Assembly (NCBI GenBank): GCA_046483985.1
Contig: JAWOCD010000099.1
Span: 32,001 to 96,000 of the forward strand
DNA length: 64,000 nucleotides
Source of the DNA: Promethearchaeia archaeon
GTDB taxonomy: Archaea; Asgardarchaeota; Lokiarchaeia; Sigyniarchaeales; SOKP01
Direction of reading: 5' to 3'
In this document: in pieces, positions 29,088 to 38,559 of the stretch
Numbering within the stretch: the first letter of the stretch is position 1
Layout of the letters: each line of letters starts with the position of its first letter
Made by a program: the position numbers and the translations under genes
Notes under the pieces: generated by a model
Databases searched by the model: none
Told to the model about the DNA's origin: nothing
What the model saw: only the letters and a program-made list of their open reading frames with translations

Positions 29088-31502
29088 CTATTCTAAATAT
29101 GAAGTAAGCGTTTTTTGTCGATTCTCTTTTTGTGAATAAGATTCAACTAAGTCATCAAGGCCCGGCACTTCAAAAGGAAAGACATTTTCAAAGGCTCTTT
29201 GGAGAAGTTCAACATATTTCTCTTTATCGTATTGATGGACGGTGTTGTCATATTGATGAGTGAGGATAACTTTTTTCTCTGGAAAGTCGGGATCCGCATC
29301 AGCGTTTAAAATAATATAATTTACCTTCTTTCCAGGTGTCATAACTTTTCCCGAATCCTCCGCTTGTTTGGCAGCAATGGCTTGATAGGTATTAACCTTA
29401 TATTGAGAGGGTTTTCGGGAAATACGCTGAGAAATCGAAAGTTCTTCCGCTGTTACATCTCCTTGTCGGATCTTTTGTACATAAGTACAAAAAAGTTCTT
29501 TCGCTCGGGAGATTCTCTCTCTAAATTCTTGAACCGATGTGACTCCCATAAAGATATCAAGCAATGTTCTCTGTGCCTCTTTTATGACGGAGGGGGTATC
29601 CCGACGTCGAATTTCAATTCCTCGAATTTTTTTCTCTCCATTTGGCTTAATTCCCCAATAATGGTTTAAGGTCGGGACATCGGGGTGGGCTTGTGAGGGA
29701 AGGAAAGTGATAACATTATATCTTCCATCCCAACTCATGGGAATATTAGTTTCTTCAGTAATTTCCTTAGCAATGGTTCTTGTAACTCGCTCAAATTCTT
29801 CGATAGATCTCCCTTGTATATCTTGAAGCCATAATGAATCAACGATGCCATGAATAATTTTACAGCCGTATGCCTTTGCAATTTCAGCAGACCGCATCAG
29901 AAACTCTCGTGCAAAGGCACATACAGCTTGATGCGCCTCGATCTTTCCAAAACGTGCATTTCGAAAACCTAAATATCCAAAACTGACGACAAGCACCCAT
30001 TTTAACGCACGGTCCGTGAATTCATACCGAGGGTCTCCCGTAGTTCGCACATATTTTTTACATCTTAACCGTTTGGTAAGGGGAAGGCGAATGGATTTTG
30101 AAATAATGCCTTCCCGTTTTGAACAAATATGAAAATCTAACCCTGGAACTTTTATCCCCGTGTTATCATCTTTGCAGCACTTACAATTGATGGTTTCTGA
30201 GGAGATGTTATAATTTGCCATAAGCGAAGGGTACATCGATGAAAAATCGAGTTCCACAACTTGATTAAATACCCCGATTTTGGGTTCAAAAATGTGTCCT
30301 CCCCTATCTCCCCGTATTAAGTCTGTTCCTGAGCGAAAGTCCTCTGGGCTTTTCTTAAAAGGGGGAATAAGGTGGTTCAATTTGTACGCATTCTGAAACT
30401 GAATGGATTGCAATGCACCGCCAATAGTGATCCGGCAAAGACGTTGAAGGGAAACACGGGAGATCCGGGCCACTTCAATCACACCAGGGATATTCCCATC
30501 ATGAAAATGAAGGCTCCCATATGAAGTGGTATCTAAGTGAAAACGACCGTTAAAGTAAACATGTGTCTTGGAACGGCGCCGAATAACCCCATAGGACATA
30601 TAATGATCAGACTCCCCTGAAAGATGAAAAATACAATTTCGCAAGGGGGTCTTATCCCGAGATAAGTATATCTCATTTGAAATACGGTTTGTCGAAGCAC
30701 GAGATGCCAGATAGGGAAAGATAAATTCATCTCCTCCTTGAGTAAGAATAATATCGGGATCCAACATCTCCACCACTTGCGCAATTTTTTTAAGATTCTC
30801 GATCTCATCGGCTTCATTAATAAGGATCGTCTTCTGTCTTTTCCCATCCGCTCGCGGCAGATCGTTTTCCTCATCCACGATGCCGACTTGTGCGTAACTT
30901 AAAGGTTCATTATAGTACGATTTTATATCATTATCTTGGACCTTTATTTCAAGCCAAATAGCTTTTAACGGAGGTAAATCATAGAATAATCGTTCGTTAT
31001 CGTCTTTTAACTCTAAGGAAATCAGTTGGAGAGCAGTAGAGTTATTAATCTTCGTTCGCGTGACTTTCACCGTAAAATGACCAAATGCCATCGGAAAGAG
31101 ATCATTGACATAAAAATACATCTGTGCAATAGGAAGATCCGTGTTGTACAGCGTAAATAAGTCCAGAGCGTTGATTTTCTTGATAATTTTCTTAAATTTT
31201 GTGGGATTTTTTACTGAAACACCACATACATCTGATTTTTGATGGTCTTCAAGGTCTACATATTTTTGACAAATTCTGATCGATTTTATATCTGGTTGTG
31301 AGGCGAGGATTGATTTGAGAGTTTTTAACCTTTTTCCCGTATTTTTCTTAGGGACGGCAAAAAACTCGGGGGAAAATTTATCGAAAACTTGGATTACTTT
31401 TTGACGTTTCTTTGTTTTGACCCACAAAATAACGCCATTATGACAAGTGGAAACATCCAACAGCCAGCCATCAAATTGCTTCTGATAAGCTCTATTTTTC
31501 AT
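29088..31502 (-). CDS. polB2: PolB2-type family B DNA polymerase (altered motif C)
   Basis: DFSSMYPS, LKWVLVVSFGY, HGIVDS replacing YGDTDS, RGIEIRR.D; degenerate exonuclease; C-terminal PIP-like QKTLTSY. Confidence 0.88.
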   Translation of the reverse strand: MKNRAYQKQFDGWLLDVSTCHNGVILWVKTKKRQKVIQVFDKFSPEFFAVPKKNTGKRLKTLKSILASQPDIKSIRICQKYVDLEDHQKSDVCGVSVKNPTKFKKIIKKINALDLFTLYNTDLPIAQMYFYVNDLFPMAFGHFTVKVTRTKINNSTALQLISLELKDDNERLFYDLPPLKAIWLEIKVQDNDIKSYYNEPLSYAQVGIVDEENDLPRADGKRQKTILINEADEIENLKKIAQVVEMLDPDIILTQGGDEFIFPYLASRASTNRISNEIYLSRDKTPLRNCIFHLSGESDHYMSYGVIRRRSKTHVYFNGRFHLDTTSYGSLHFHDGNIPGVIEVARISRVSLQRLCRITIGGALQSIQFQNAYKLNHLIPPFKKSPEDFRSGTDLIRGDRGGHIFEPKIGVFNQVVELDFSSMYPSLMANYNISSETINCKCCKDDNTGIKVPGLDFHICSKREGIISKSIRLPLTKRLRCKKYVRTTGDPRYEFTDRALKWVLVVSFGYLGFRNARFGKIEAHQAVCAFAREFLMRSAEIAKAYGCKIIHGIVDSLWLQDIQGRSIEEFERVTRTIAKEITEETNIPMSWDGRYNVITFLPSQAHPDVPTLNHYWGIKPNGEKKIRGIEIRRRDTPSVIKEAQRTLLDIFMGVTSVQEFRERISRAKELFCTYVQKIRQGDVTAEELSISQRISRKPSQYKVNTYQAIAAKQAEDSGKVMTPGKKVNYIILNADADPDFPEKKVILTHQYDNTVHQYDKEKYVELLQRAFENVFPFEVPGLDDLVESYSQKENRQKTLTSYLE

Positions 31503-31770
31503 TACCTTGTTCGAGTTTTGCTTCCAGTTTTTTTATTCTAGTTTCAAGCGAATTGATTTTCTTTTGTTGCTCTAACGCGAACGACATAAACAAAAAATCG
31601 GAAAGAATCGGTCGAGCGCTCATACTACCTGCGTCAGAATGAATTCGTGCAAAATTCATTAACTTATCAAAAACAGTCTGCAAGTCAGGACGAAGGGCTC
31701 GTTTGAAATCCTTCCAACTCTCAATCTCCTCTTCCAAAGCGGGTCGGAATGATGGAACCGTTCTACCCAT
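31492..31770 (-). CDS. Small PolB2-associated helical protein (arCOG07300-like)
   Basis: MGRTVPSFR...W..FKRALR...FD.L signature; overlaps the polB2 start. Confidence 0.8.
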   Translation of the reverse strand: MGRTVPSFRPALEEEIESWKDFKRALRPDLQTVFDKLMNFARIHSDAGSMSARPILSDFLFMSFALEQQKKINSLETRIKKLEAKLEQGNEK

Positions 31771-31899
31771 AATAGGTCACCATTATCGTGTTTATATGAG
31801 TAGTTCACCAAAAAATAAAAAGTGAGATACATCGACAATTTTCTAATTTTTCCACTTAAAGAAAAAAGTTAATTAGGAGGCGAGATTCTATAAATCCAA

Positions 31900-32340
31900 A
31901 TGGCTCGGAGGTATTGTTTTATGAGTATATATATTAATGATCATGCTCCTTGCGGGATCTATTGCAAACGTTGTCCCGGAAAAAAGACATATAATTGTAA
32001 AGGATGTAGAGCAGAAGAAGGACAGATTAAGGACTTTCCCGTGTGCAAGACATATGAATGCGTGACTAAAAATGGATATACCTTTTGCTATGAATGTGAG
32101 GATTTTCCATGCGAAAAACTAATGCCCATTGTTAACTTTGAAATCTTCTTGCCGCATAATTCAAAAGTTTATAATCTCTGTATGATTCAGAAATTAGGAA
32201 TTCGGAAATGGAACGAGATTTGCGAAGAAAAGACAAAGCTCTATTATGAAGGAAAAAAGGTCAAATACGGAGGAGATCCATTAACCCTTGAAGAAAAGGA
32301 TCCCAAAATGTATAAACAGAAGAAAAAAAAGAAAAAATAG
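31900..32340 (+). CDS. DUF3795 cysteine-rich protein
   Basis: APCGIYCKRCP, CKGCR, C...C, FCYECEDFPC. Confidence 0.85.
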   Translation: MARRYCFMSIYINDHAPCGIYCKRCPGKKTYNCKGCRAEEGQIKDFPVCKTYECVTKNGYTFCYECEDFPCEKLMPIVNFEIFLPHNSKVYNLCMIQKLGIRKWNEICEEKTKLYYEGKKVKYGGDPLTLEEKDPKMYKQKKKKKK

Positions 32341-32390
32341 CCCCAGAATTATTAAGAGCCTAAACCAAATGAACGGAAGTATACGACTAA

Positions 32391-32606
32391 TAGAACTATA
32401 GATAACGATAGATTCGTAATTCATCGAGAATCGCCGACCCAGATAACATCGGTCTTAAATCCTCTTCAAACGCCAGCCCCGCGGTCCCTGCGGTTATATG
32501 ATGAACTTAGTTATCGTCCATCAATTACATTATAGTACCGCTCCTTTATAAATAAATGTGCGATTTATTCCAGCCCTGAAGGACGGTACGTTCTCGCACT
32601 CTATGG
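32391..32606 (-). mobile_element. Non-autonomous IS200/IS605-family element, copy 2 (right-end hairpin deleted)
   Basis: Reverse complement matches 12048-12272 over about 200 bp; TTTAC left flank; terminal CCCTTCAGGGCG hairpin missing. Confidence 0.8.
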
Positions 32607-32622
32607 GTAAAAGGTAGTTCAC

Positions 32623-33417
32623 CTACAACCAGCAGTCGATTTTTCTATTCTTGGTAGGTGTTTTAAGTTTTTTTCGTGACTCTCTTTTTTTAAACTTCTT
32701 TAATACTTTTTCTGGAAGATTGGGATGTTGCGCCAGTTTATATTCGGTGTATCGGTCTGTATCATTAAGATGCACCAGAACACTGCCAAAATGTGCGAGA
32801 ATCTTCCCTCCTTTGGGGCGAAAAAAGCTAAATTCATTGAGGGGCGCGGTAAAGATAATAAGCGGGCGTTTTTTTTCGATGGTTTTTTTGATCCCATCAA
32901 TTGCTTTTAGCAGTTCCTCAAATTTTTTTTTCTCATAGTTCTGAAAGAGATTGGTAATGCCCGAGATCAAGACAACCTTGATGTCGTCCAACTTTGAGAG
33001 GCGATTTTCCAGAATTTCCACCATTTGCTCCCACGTAAATGCCCGAGAGATAAGAATATTATCTAACACTTGAGTAGGCGAGAGATGCTGAGTCACTGCA
33101 AACTTACTCACAGTATAGGGGTTAAAGCGATTATAGCCATCAACAAAAGCGACTTTAATCCTCCCTCCTAACCCTCCATTTACAAATGCTTTCTGGGCAA
33201 TAACGGCAGTCATCAATAATATACGAGTGGTCTTTTTTTTATCCCCGTATAGTAAATAGATTAAGTCTCTGTGAAAGCCACCACCTAACAGGTCATCCAG
33301 TGTAGAATCTCCGCTTGAGATAAGGGGGAAGCAAGAATTTTTCTGATATTGTTTAAATCCAGAATTGAAATTATGAGGTTTATTCATCACACAAAAAATG
33401 AATAAAAATAAAAACAA
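32623..33417 (-). CDS. Inactive RadA/RecA-like ATPase of the PolB2 cassette
   Basis: SSGDSTLDDLLGGG, broken Walker A (YGDKKKTT), FVDGYNRFNPY, SRAFT..Q; true start may be the second Met (MNKP). Confidence 0.8.
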   Translation of the reverse strand: MFLFLFIFCVMNKPHNFNSGFKQYQKNSCFPLISSGDSTLDDLLGGGFHRDLIYLLYGDKKKTTRILLMTAVIAQKAFVNGGLGGRIKVAFVDGYNRFNPYTVSKFAVTQHLSPTQVLDNILISRAFTWEQMVEILENRLSKLDDIKVVLISGITNLFQNYEKKKFEELLKAIDGIKKTIEKKRPLIIFTAPLNEFSFFRPKGGKILAHFGSVLVHLNDTDRYTEYKLAQHPNLPEKVLKKFKKRESRKKLKTPTKNRKIDCWL

Positions 33418-33587
33418 AAAAAGAAAGGGGGCGACAATTTTTTGAGAAACTCGATTTTTAATAGAGGGAAGATTTTATAGATTATGTTTGAAAGAAGGTT
33501 TATTTCATTTAAGAGAAGATATCTTTCATGGAGAGAGGGAGGAAAATAAAAGTAGATTTTTTTCCTTTTTTGTATGAGGAGCAGTCA

Positions 33588-33700
33588 TTGAACTACTCAC
33601 GCTTGAAGGCGTGAAATTCGTACTCCCTGTTGCGTAATACACACACTAGACAATATGGCTCGGTTCTCCATCCCGCAATGATCGTCCCCAACGGGATGGT
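33588..33700 (-). ncRNA. Stand-alone omegaRNA-like structured RNA ending in an IS605-type right end
   Basis: 5' hairpin CCATCCCG/CGGGATGG; 3' GAATTTCACGCCTTCAAGCGTGAGTAGTTCAA; TTTTTAATAA box about 25 nt upstream. Confidence 0.55.
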
Positions 33701-33820
33701 TAATTTGATTATACTTTTAAAGTTATTAAAAAGCCACATAAGTAATCTGAATGCATAAATTTTTAAATGATTAAAAAAATTCAATTAACTATCCAATTAA
33801 ATCAAAAAGTGATTTGAAAA

Positions 33821-34219
33821 ATGATATCTCAAATAATGGGAATCGATCCAATGCTGGGACTTTCAACTTTTACATTTATCATCCTCGTAATCATTGTAAT
33901 AGTCATAGGTCTTATCATTAATTCAATTTTTTTAAAGATTGCACTTACCTTAGTGGATTCAAGACATACCGATTTTGGTGATGTATTTGTGACATCTATT
34001 ATTTGTGTGCTTTTTGGGTGGATTCCTTGTTTAGGTTGTTTATTATGCGGAGCAGTAATTGGTTCCCGGCACGATACTGGATTTTTCGTAGGTATTGTGG
34101 TATATATTTTGGCGATTCTTATCGGATATATCCTTACCTTCATAATCTCATTAACTATTGTTAGTGCGATATTCGGAGTTTCAGCTACAATACCAGCATT
34201 GGGCTCTTATGGATTATAA
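33821..34219 (+). CDS. Hydrophobic membrane protein
   Basis: 3-4 TM helices; WIPCLGCLLC. Confidence 0.7.
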   Translation: MISQIMGIDPMLGLSTFTFIILVIIVIVIGLIINSIFLKIALTLVDSRHTDFGDVFVTSIICVLFGWIPCLGCLLCGAVIGSRHDTGFFVGIVVYILAILIGYILTFIISLTIVSAIFGVSATIPALGSYGL

Positions 34220-34275
34220 TTTGTTTTTAGTCTTTAATAAAATAATGCCTTTCTTATGAGGTAGGAAAAAGAGTA

Positions 34276-34884
34276 TTAGGAATTCCTTTCTCCCGGCGTG
34301 TCCTTTCCTATATTTCGGTTTTTCTTCATGGATTCTAAAAAGTTGGGAAGGTCGTTTTCTTCTAAATATTGATAAAGGGGACCAAACCCAGGACAATACT
34401 CCCAATCGGCCTTATAGCTGCACTTTTGACAGTTCTTGTGAATCCCATAGATATGGTATGCGTTTAAAATCAGCGATAATACTCCGAAGATCATAAAGAA
34501 ATAAAGAAACCGTACCAGAAAAGGAACGGGAGAATACCAGATCCACCAGAAAAGGAAAGCCGCTCCAATAGCCATCAGAATTTTTTGCGCAATCTTGACT
34601 GATTTAATTTCCGTAATGTCCGAGAAACTTAAGAAAAAGGTGGATGAAAATGCAATTGCAATTCCCAAGAACCATAGAAGGGGAAGGTATTCTTTTATAT
34701 CCAAGAATGCTATGAGAAGAATGAAACTAAACAAGGTTGGATACCCAATAAAACATCCTATACATAACCGATGCGACCCTAATTTTATGGTATGGCTCTT
34801 AAATTGTTCACAGTCGGGATGATGGCTGAGAATGATGGGTCTTATTGCTTGTAAGTATCGTTTAACCCGCTGAAAAATATTCAT
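34276..34884 (-). CDS. Cys/His-motif membrane protein (DUF2085-like)
   Basis: LSHHPDC...H...LCIGC, 4 TMs, C-terminal CQKC...CPG. Confidence 0.7.
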   Translation of the reverse strand: MNIFQRVKRYLQAIRPIILSHHPDCEQFKSHTIKLGSHRLCIGCFIGYPTLFSFILLIAFLDIKEYLPLLWFLGIAIAFSSTFFLSFSDITEIKSVKIAQKILMAIGAAFLFWWIWYSPVPFLVRFLYFFMIFGVLSLILNAYHIYGIHKNCQKCSYKADWEYCPGFGPLYQYLEENDLPNFLESMKKNRNIGKDTPGERNS

Positions 34885-34941
34885 GGCTTTCTGGTGAGTT
34901 TACTATTTTTTAAGACATCGGGCTTTAATCTATCGAACCCG

Positions 34942-35712
34942 CTATGGATTCATTCGGTCTTCTACCACATCTACAATTTTCGGTAAAATATTCCCAATTT
35001 TTTCGTGGATAACCACATCGGCATAGGAGTCAAACTCCGTCTTTTGGATATTTATAATCGCCAACTTAGAACCGGAAGAGCATGCTTTGGTAGGATAAAA
35101 TGCGACAGGATAGACCACCAGCGAACTGCCCAAAATTATTAATAAATCACACAATGCGATATATTTATCTGCTTTGTCTAAGACCTTAGAGTCTAACATC
35201 TCCCCAAAAAAGACAGCATTCGGCTTAAGAAGGCCTCCGCATTCTTCACACTCTGGAGTTCCTTCTCCCTTAACGACTTGATTTATTAAGGTTGTTATCG
35301 GATAAGTCTCCCCGCAGTCCATGCACACTGATTCATTTACGTTCCCGTGAAATTCAATGACCTTTTTGGTATTTGCCTTTTGATGCAATCCATCGATATT
35401 TTGCGTTAGAACCGCATCCAATTTTCCTAATTCTTGTAACCTTGTTAAGGCTTGATGGCCAGCATGTGGTTTAGCCCGAAATATGGTGGTGCCCAGTTTT
35501 AGCATAGACTTTAAATTCTTTTCTGGATGTTTTCTATATGCATTAATGGAGGCAAATTCATTTGGGTTCACTTTCGTCCATAAACCCGTATCTGGACTCC
35601 GAAAGTCCGGAATTCCGCTTTCAGTTGACATTCCCGCTCCAGTTAACGCCACGATACTGTCTGCCTCAAGAATTAGCTCCGCAAATTGCTGGATCCTTTC
35701 CATCCTCGACAT
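34942..35712 (-). CDS. cobB: NAD-dependent protein deacylase (Sir2 family)
   Basis: GAGMSTESGIPDFRS, TQNIDGLH, HG, CxxC..CxxC, FFGE, GSSL.VYP. Confidence 0.93.
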   Translation of the reverse strand: MSRMERIQQFAELILEADSIVALTGAGMSTESGIPDFRSPDTGLWTKVNPNEFASINAYRKHPEKNLKSMLKLGTTIFRAKPHAGHQALTRLQELGKLDAVLTQNIDGLHQKANTKKVIEFHGNVNESVCMDCGETYPITTLINQVVKGEGTPECEECGGLLKPNAVFFGEMLDSKVLDKADKYIALCDLLIILGSSLVVYPVAFYPTKACSSGSKLAIINIQKTEFDSYADVVIHEKIGNILPKIVDVVEDRMNP

Positions 35713-36002
35713 AGTTATCCCAATGTTTATTTTTACTGATATTCACGTAATACGTCTTACTCTTTAATGAGATGAATTTATTTTAAATTACTCTATTTAT
35801 TAAATAAAAATTGGTGATTATTGAAATTATAGTTTTTGGACTTATATTATGAAAGGTTAAAAAGTAGGATTACCATTTTTATTTAAGAAACTTTATTATT
35901 ATAATTATACTATAATAGTTTTATAAATGCTTATGTTGTTGCGTGAGTATTTGAATTAACTGGAAAATTATTATTACGTTAAAACCGAAAAAGGTTGGTT
36001 AT

Positions 36003-36551
36003 ATGACTCAGAAAAAGAATAAGAAGAGCTTTATTTATAAGATCTGTATTGTAGGCGATGGAGGGGTAGGGAAGACATCTATGGTTCTCCGTTACACCGA
36101 TAATAAATTCAAGGAAAATTATATAATGACGATAGGATCAAACTTTGCTTCGCAGCGCGTGGATCTTCCAGAATATCCGAATTACATTATAAAGCTTCAA
36201 ATATGGGATTTAGCCGGTCAGAAACATTTCAGTTTCGTAAGGCCGCCCTTTTATCGCGGCGCTACAGGAATTATTTACGTTTTTGACATCACTCGCAGAA
36301 GTTCATTCGCCAATTTACCAGATTGGAAGGAGGAAATCGAAAAAGTGATAGAGAAAAAGCCATGCATTCTGATCGGAAATAAAGTGGATTTAGCACATGA
36401 CCGGAAAGTCAGCAAAAAGGACAGCGAATCGTTAATGAATGAACTAGGGTGCCTTAATTATTTAGAAACCAGTGCAAAAACAGGCAATAATGTCGATAAA
36501 GTGTTTCGGGAAATGACGCGGGGCATCTTGAAAGCCAACGATAAAATCTAG
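36003..36551 (+). CDS. Rab-like small GTPase (eukaryotic signature protein)
   Basis: GDGGVGKTS, TIG, IWDLAGQ, FYRGA, NKVD, ETSAK; no C-terminal Cys. Confidence 0.93.
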   Translation: MTQKKNKKSFIYKICIVGDGGVGKTSMVLRYTDNKFKENYIMTIGSNFASQRVDLPEYPNYIIKLQIWDLAGQKHFSFVRPPFYRGATGIIYVFDITRRSSFANLPDWKEEIEKVIEKKPCILIGNKVDLAHDRKVSKKDSESLMNELGCLNYLETSAKTGNNVDKVFREMTRGILKANDKI

Positions 36552-36691
36552 AAATGGGGTCGCTCATTCTTATTCTCATTTGCACAATTATTTATGAACT
36601 ATTTAAAAAAAGTATAAATTTTAAGATATATTTTAGAAAGCTATAAAATTAGATATTAATATATAATTCATTATTATCCTAACTGATTATT

Positions 36692-37465
36692 ATGATTTCC
36701 GGAGGCCAATCAAAACGTTATGATCGCGCACTTACCGTGTTTTCCCCCGAAGGACGACTATACCAAGTAGAATATGCTTTAGAAGCCGTTCGCCGTGGGA
36801 CATTAGCCGTTGCGGTAAAGTCCGAAGCAGGCGTATGCCTAGCATCTCAAGTAAAAGTTCCCAGCAAATTAATGGATCCAGATTCCATCGACAAGATATT
36901 TCAAGTAGATAATCATATCGGTGTGGCGATCTCGGGGTTACACGCAGATTCGCGGGCTTTAATTAATTATGCACGGACACAAGCGCAGTCCTTTCGTCTT
37001 ACCTATGATGAACCAGTCCGCCTAAACATGTTGACAAAGACTGTCGCCGACCTAAAGCAGCAATACACGCAATTTGGTGGTGTGCGCCCTTGGGGATGTG
37101 CTCTCTTCTTCATAGGTGTTGATGCGACCGGACCACAAATATTTACAACCTCACCGAGCGGTATCTATCGTTCCTTTAAAGCGTATGCATTGGGGAAAGG
37201 ACAAGCAACCGCCCGTGAGTATATCCGAGAACATTACGAAGAGAATCAGAGTTTTGACGAAGTTATCCAATTAGCTCTCCACGCAATCACAAAGTCCGTA
37301 GAGAAAAAATTGGATGAAGATTTACTCCGCATTGCTTATGTAAAAAGTGAAGAGAAACAATATCATGCATGCGAAAAAAAGGAAATTGCGAAATTCTTAA
37401 CAGAGTTCGTCCCAGATGATGAGGGTGCAGCCGATGAAGAGGAAAAAGAAGAGTCCGAGGACTAA
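36692..37465 (+). CDS. psmA: Proteasome alpha subunit
   Basis: YDRALTVFSPEGRLYQVEYALEAV, SGLHAD, RPWG. Confidence 0.95.
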   Translation: MISGGQSKRYDRALTVFSPEGRLYQVEYALEAVRRGTLAVAVKSEAGVCLASQVKVPSKLMDPDSIDKIFQVDNHIGVAISGLHADSRALINYARTQAQSFRLTYDEPVRLNMLTKTVADLKQQYTQFGGVRPWGCALFFIGVDATGPQIFTTSPSGIYRSFKAYALGKGQATAREYIREHYEENQSFDEVIQLALHAITKSVEKKLDEDLLRIAYVKSEEKQYHACEKKEIAKFLTEFVPDDEGAADEEEKEESED

Positions 37466-37699
37466 AATACCAAGGGAAAAACCTTCATAAAATTCATTCT
37501 CTTAATTTTTACAATCCTTTGCTGATTTTTATCAATATAGTCTTTTGCTATAATAATTTTTAATCATATATATCCAGATATCCTGCTTCTTTTCAGAATT
37601 AAGGGTAGATATGATTAAAACCGGAATTATAAAATGTAAATAATTTTTAATAAAAATTGTGATTTGGGGATATTTTACCCATACGTCTTAAAAATATTA

Positions 37700-37925
37700 T
37701 GGAAAAAGAGCCATCGGACGACATAGTTGGTTAAATTGTATAAGTTCTTAGAGTGAATATACAAGTCTTTTAAGATTTTTGATCTTTTTAACTGAACTTA
37801 TTTAACAAACTTTATCTTACTTCTAAGTAAGGATTTTCTGCTATCTAAATGCTTTGGTCAATCCGTGTGGGGTAAGGATACACCAAAATTCAAGCTCTCC
37901 CTAAAGGACAGGGTTTTCTTTTGCC
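37700..37925 (-). pseudogene. IS200/IS605 left end plus degraded tnpB 5' fragment
   Basis: Left-end hairpin CAAAAGAAAACCCTGTCCTTTAGGGAGAGCTTGAATTTTG (37884-37923); downstream frame IKFVK*VQLKRSKILKDLYIHSKNLYNLTNYVVRWLFF resembles the TnpB N-terminal SKNLYN.ANY..RQ.FF pattern. Confidence 0.65.
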
Positions 37926-38016
37926 TTTAATGATAAAATATTAAAATTAATAATTAATCTATATAATTAGTAATGTTCAAAAAGAAAATTAGAAATTATT
38001 AAACAGGTAGTAAGGT

Positions 38017-38412
38017 ATGTTCAAAAAAAGGAAGATAAGGGATAAGTTTGATAAGGTGTTTAAATCTGGCGATGAGGAAAAGATAAAAGCAATGTTGGAT
38101 GAGAATCCGTGGCTGCTTGATGAAGTATCGGAAGAAATGGACGATATGATGGGGGAACAAAGACAAACTATCGCCGCTCTCGGAGTGATGGAGGATGAAT
38201 TGGGAGGTAAGGTTCCCATCGATGAGATCGTTTTTTCTTTACGAGTCGATTTTGATATCAAAAAAACCGAAGAGGAAGTCCTCGAGATTCTCAATAGTGT
38301 CGAAAATTTGGGGATGGTAAAAAGAGAGGGAAATGGATGGATCCTGACCAGCGAAGGCGGGAAAGTATGTGATGATTTTCTGAACAAGAACCTGGAAGAA
38401 ATCGAATTATAA
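38017..38412 (+). CDS. Hypothetical winged-helix protein
   Basis: C-terminal wHTH-like EVLEILNSVENLGMVKREGNGWILTSEG. Confidence 0.7.
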   Translation: MFKKRKIRDKFDKVFKSGDEEKIKAMLDENPWLLDEVSEEMDDMMGEQRQTIAALGVMEDELGGKVPIDEIVFSLRVDFDIKKTEEEVLEILNSVENLGMVKREGNGWILTSEGGKVCDDFLNKNLEEIEL

Positions 38413-38559
38413 ACTCTTATTTCTTTATTGATTTACTATTATTTTCTCTTTAGTTGTATATCTTTCTGGAATATAGAATAATGAAATTTTAATTTTCTTT
38501 GGAACAAATATTATTTAAGTGGGATTTTTTAAATATTTTTTAGAAAAGGTTGGAAAGAA

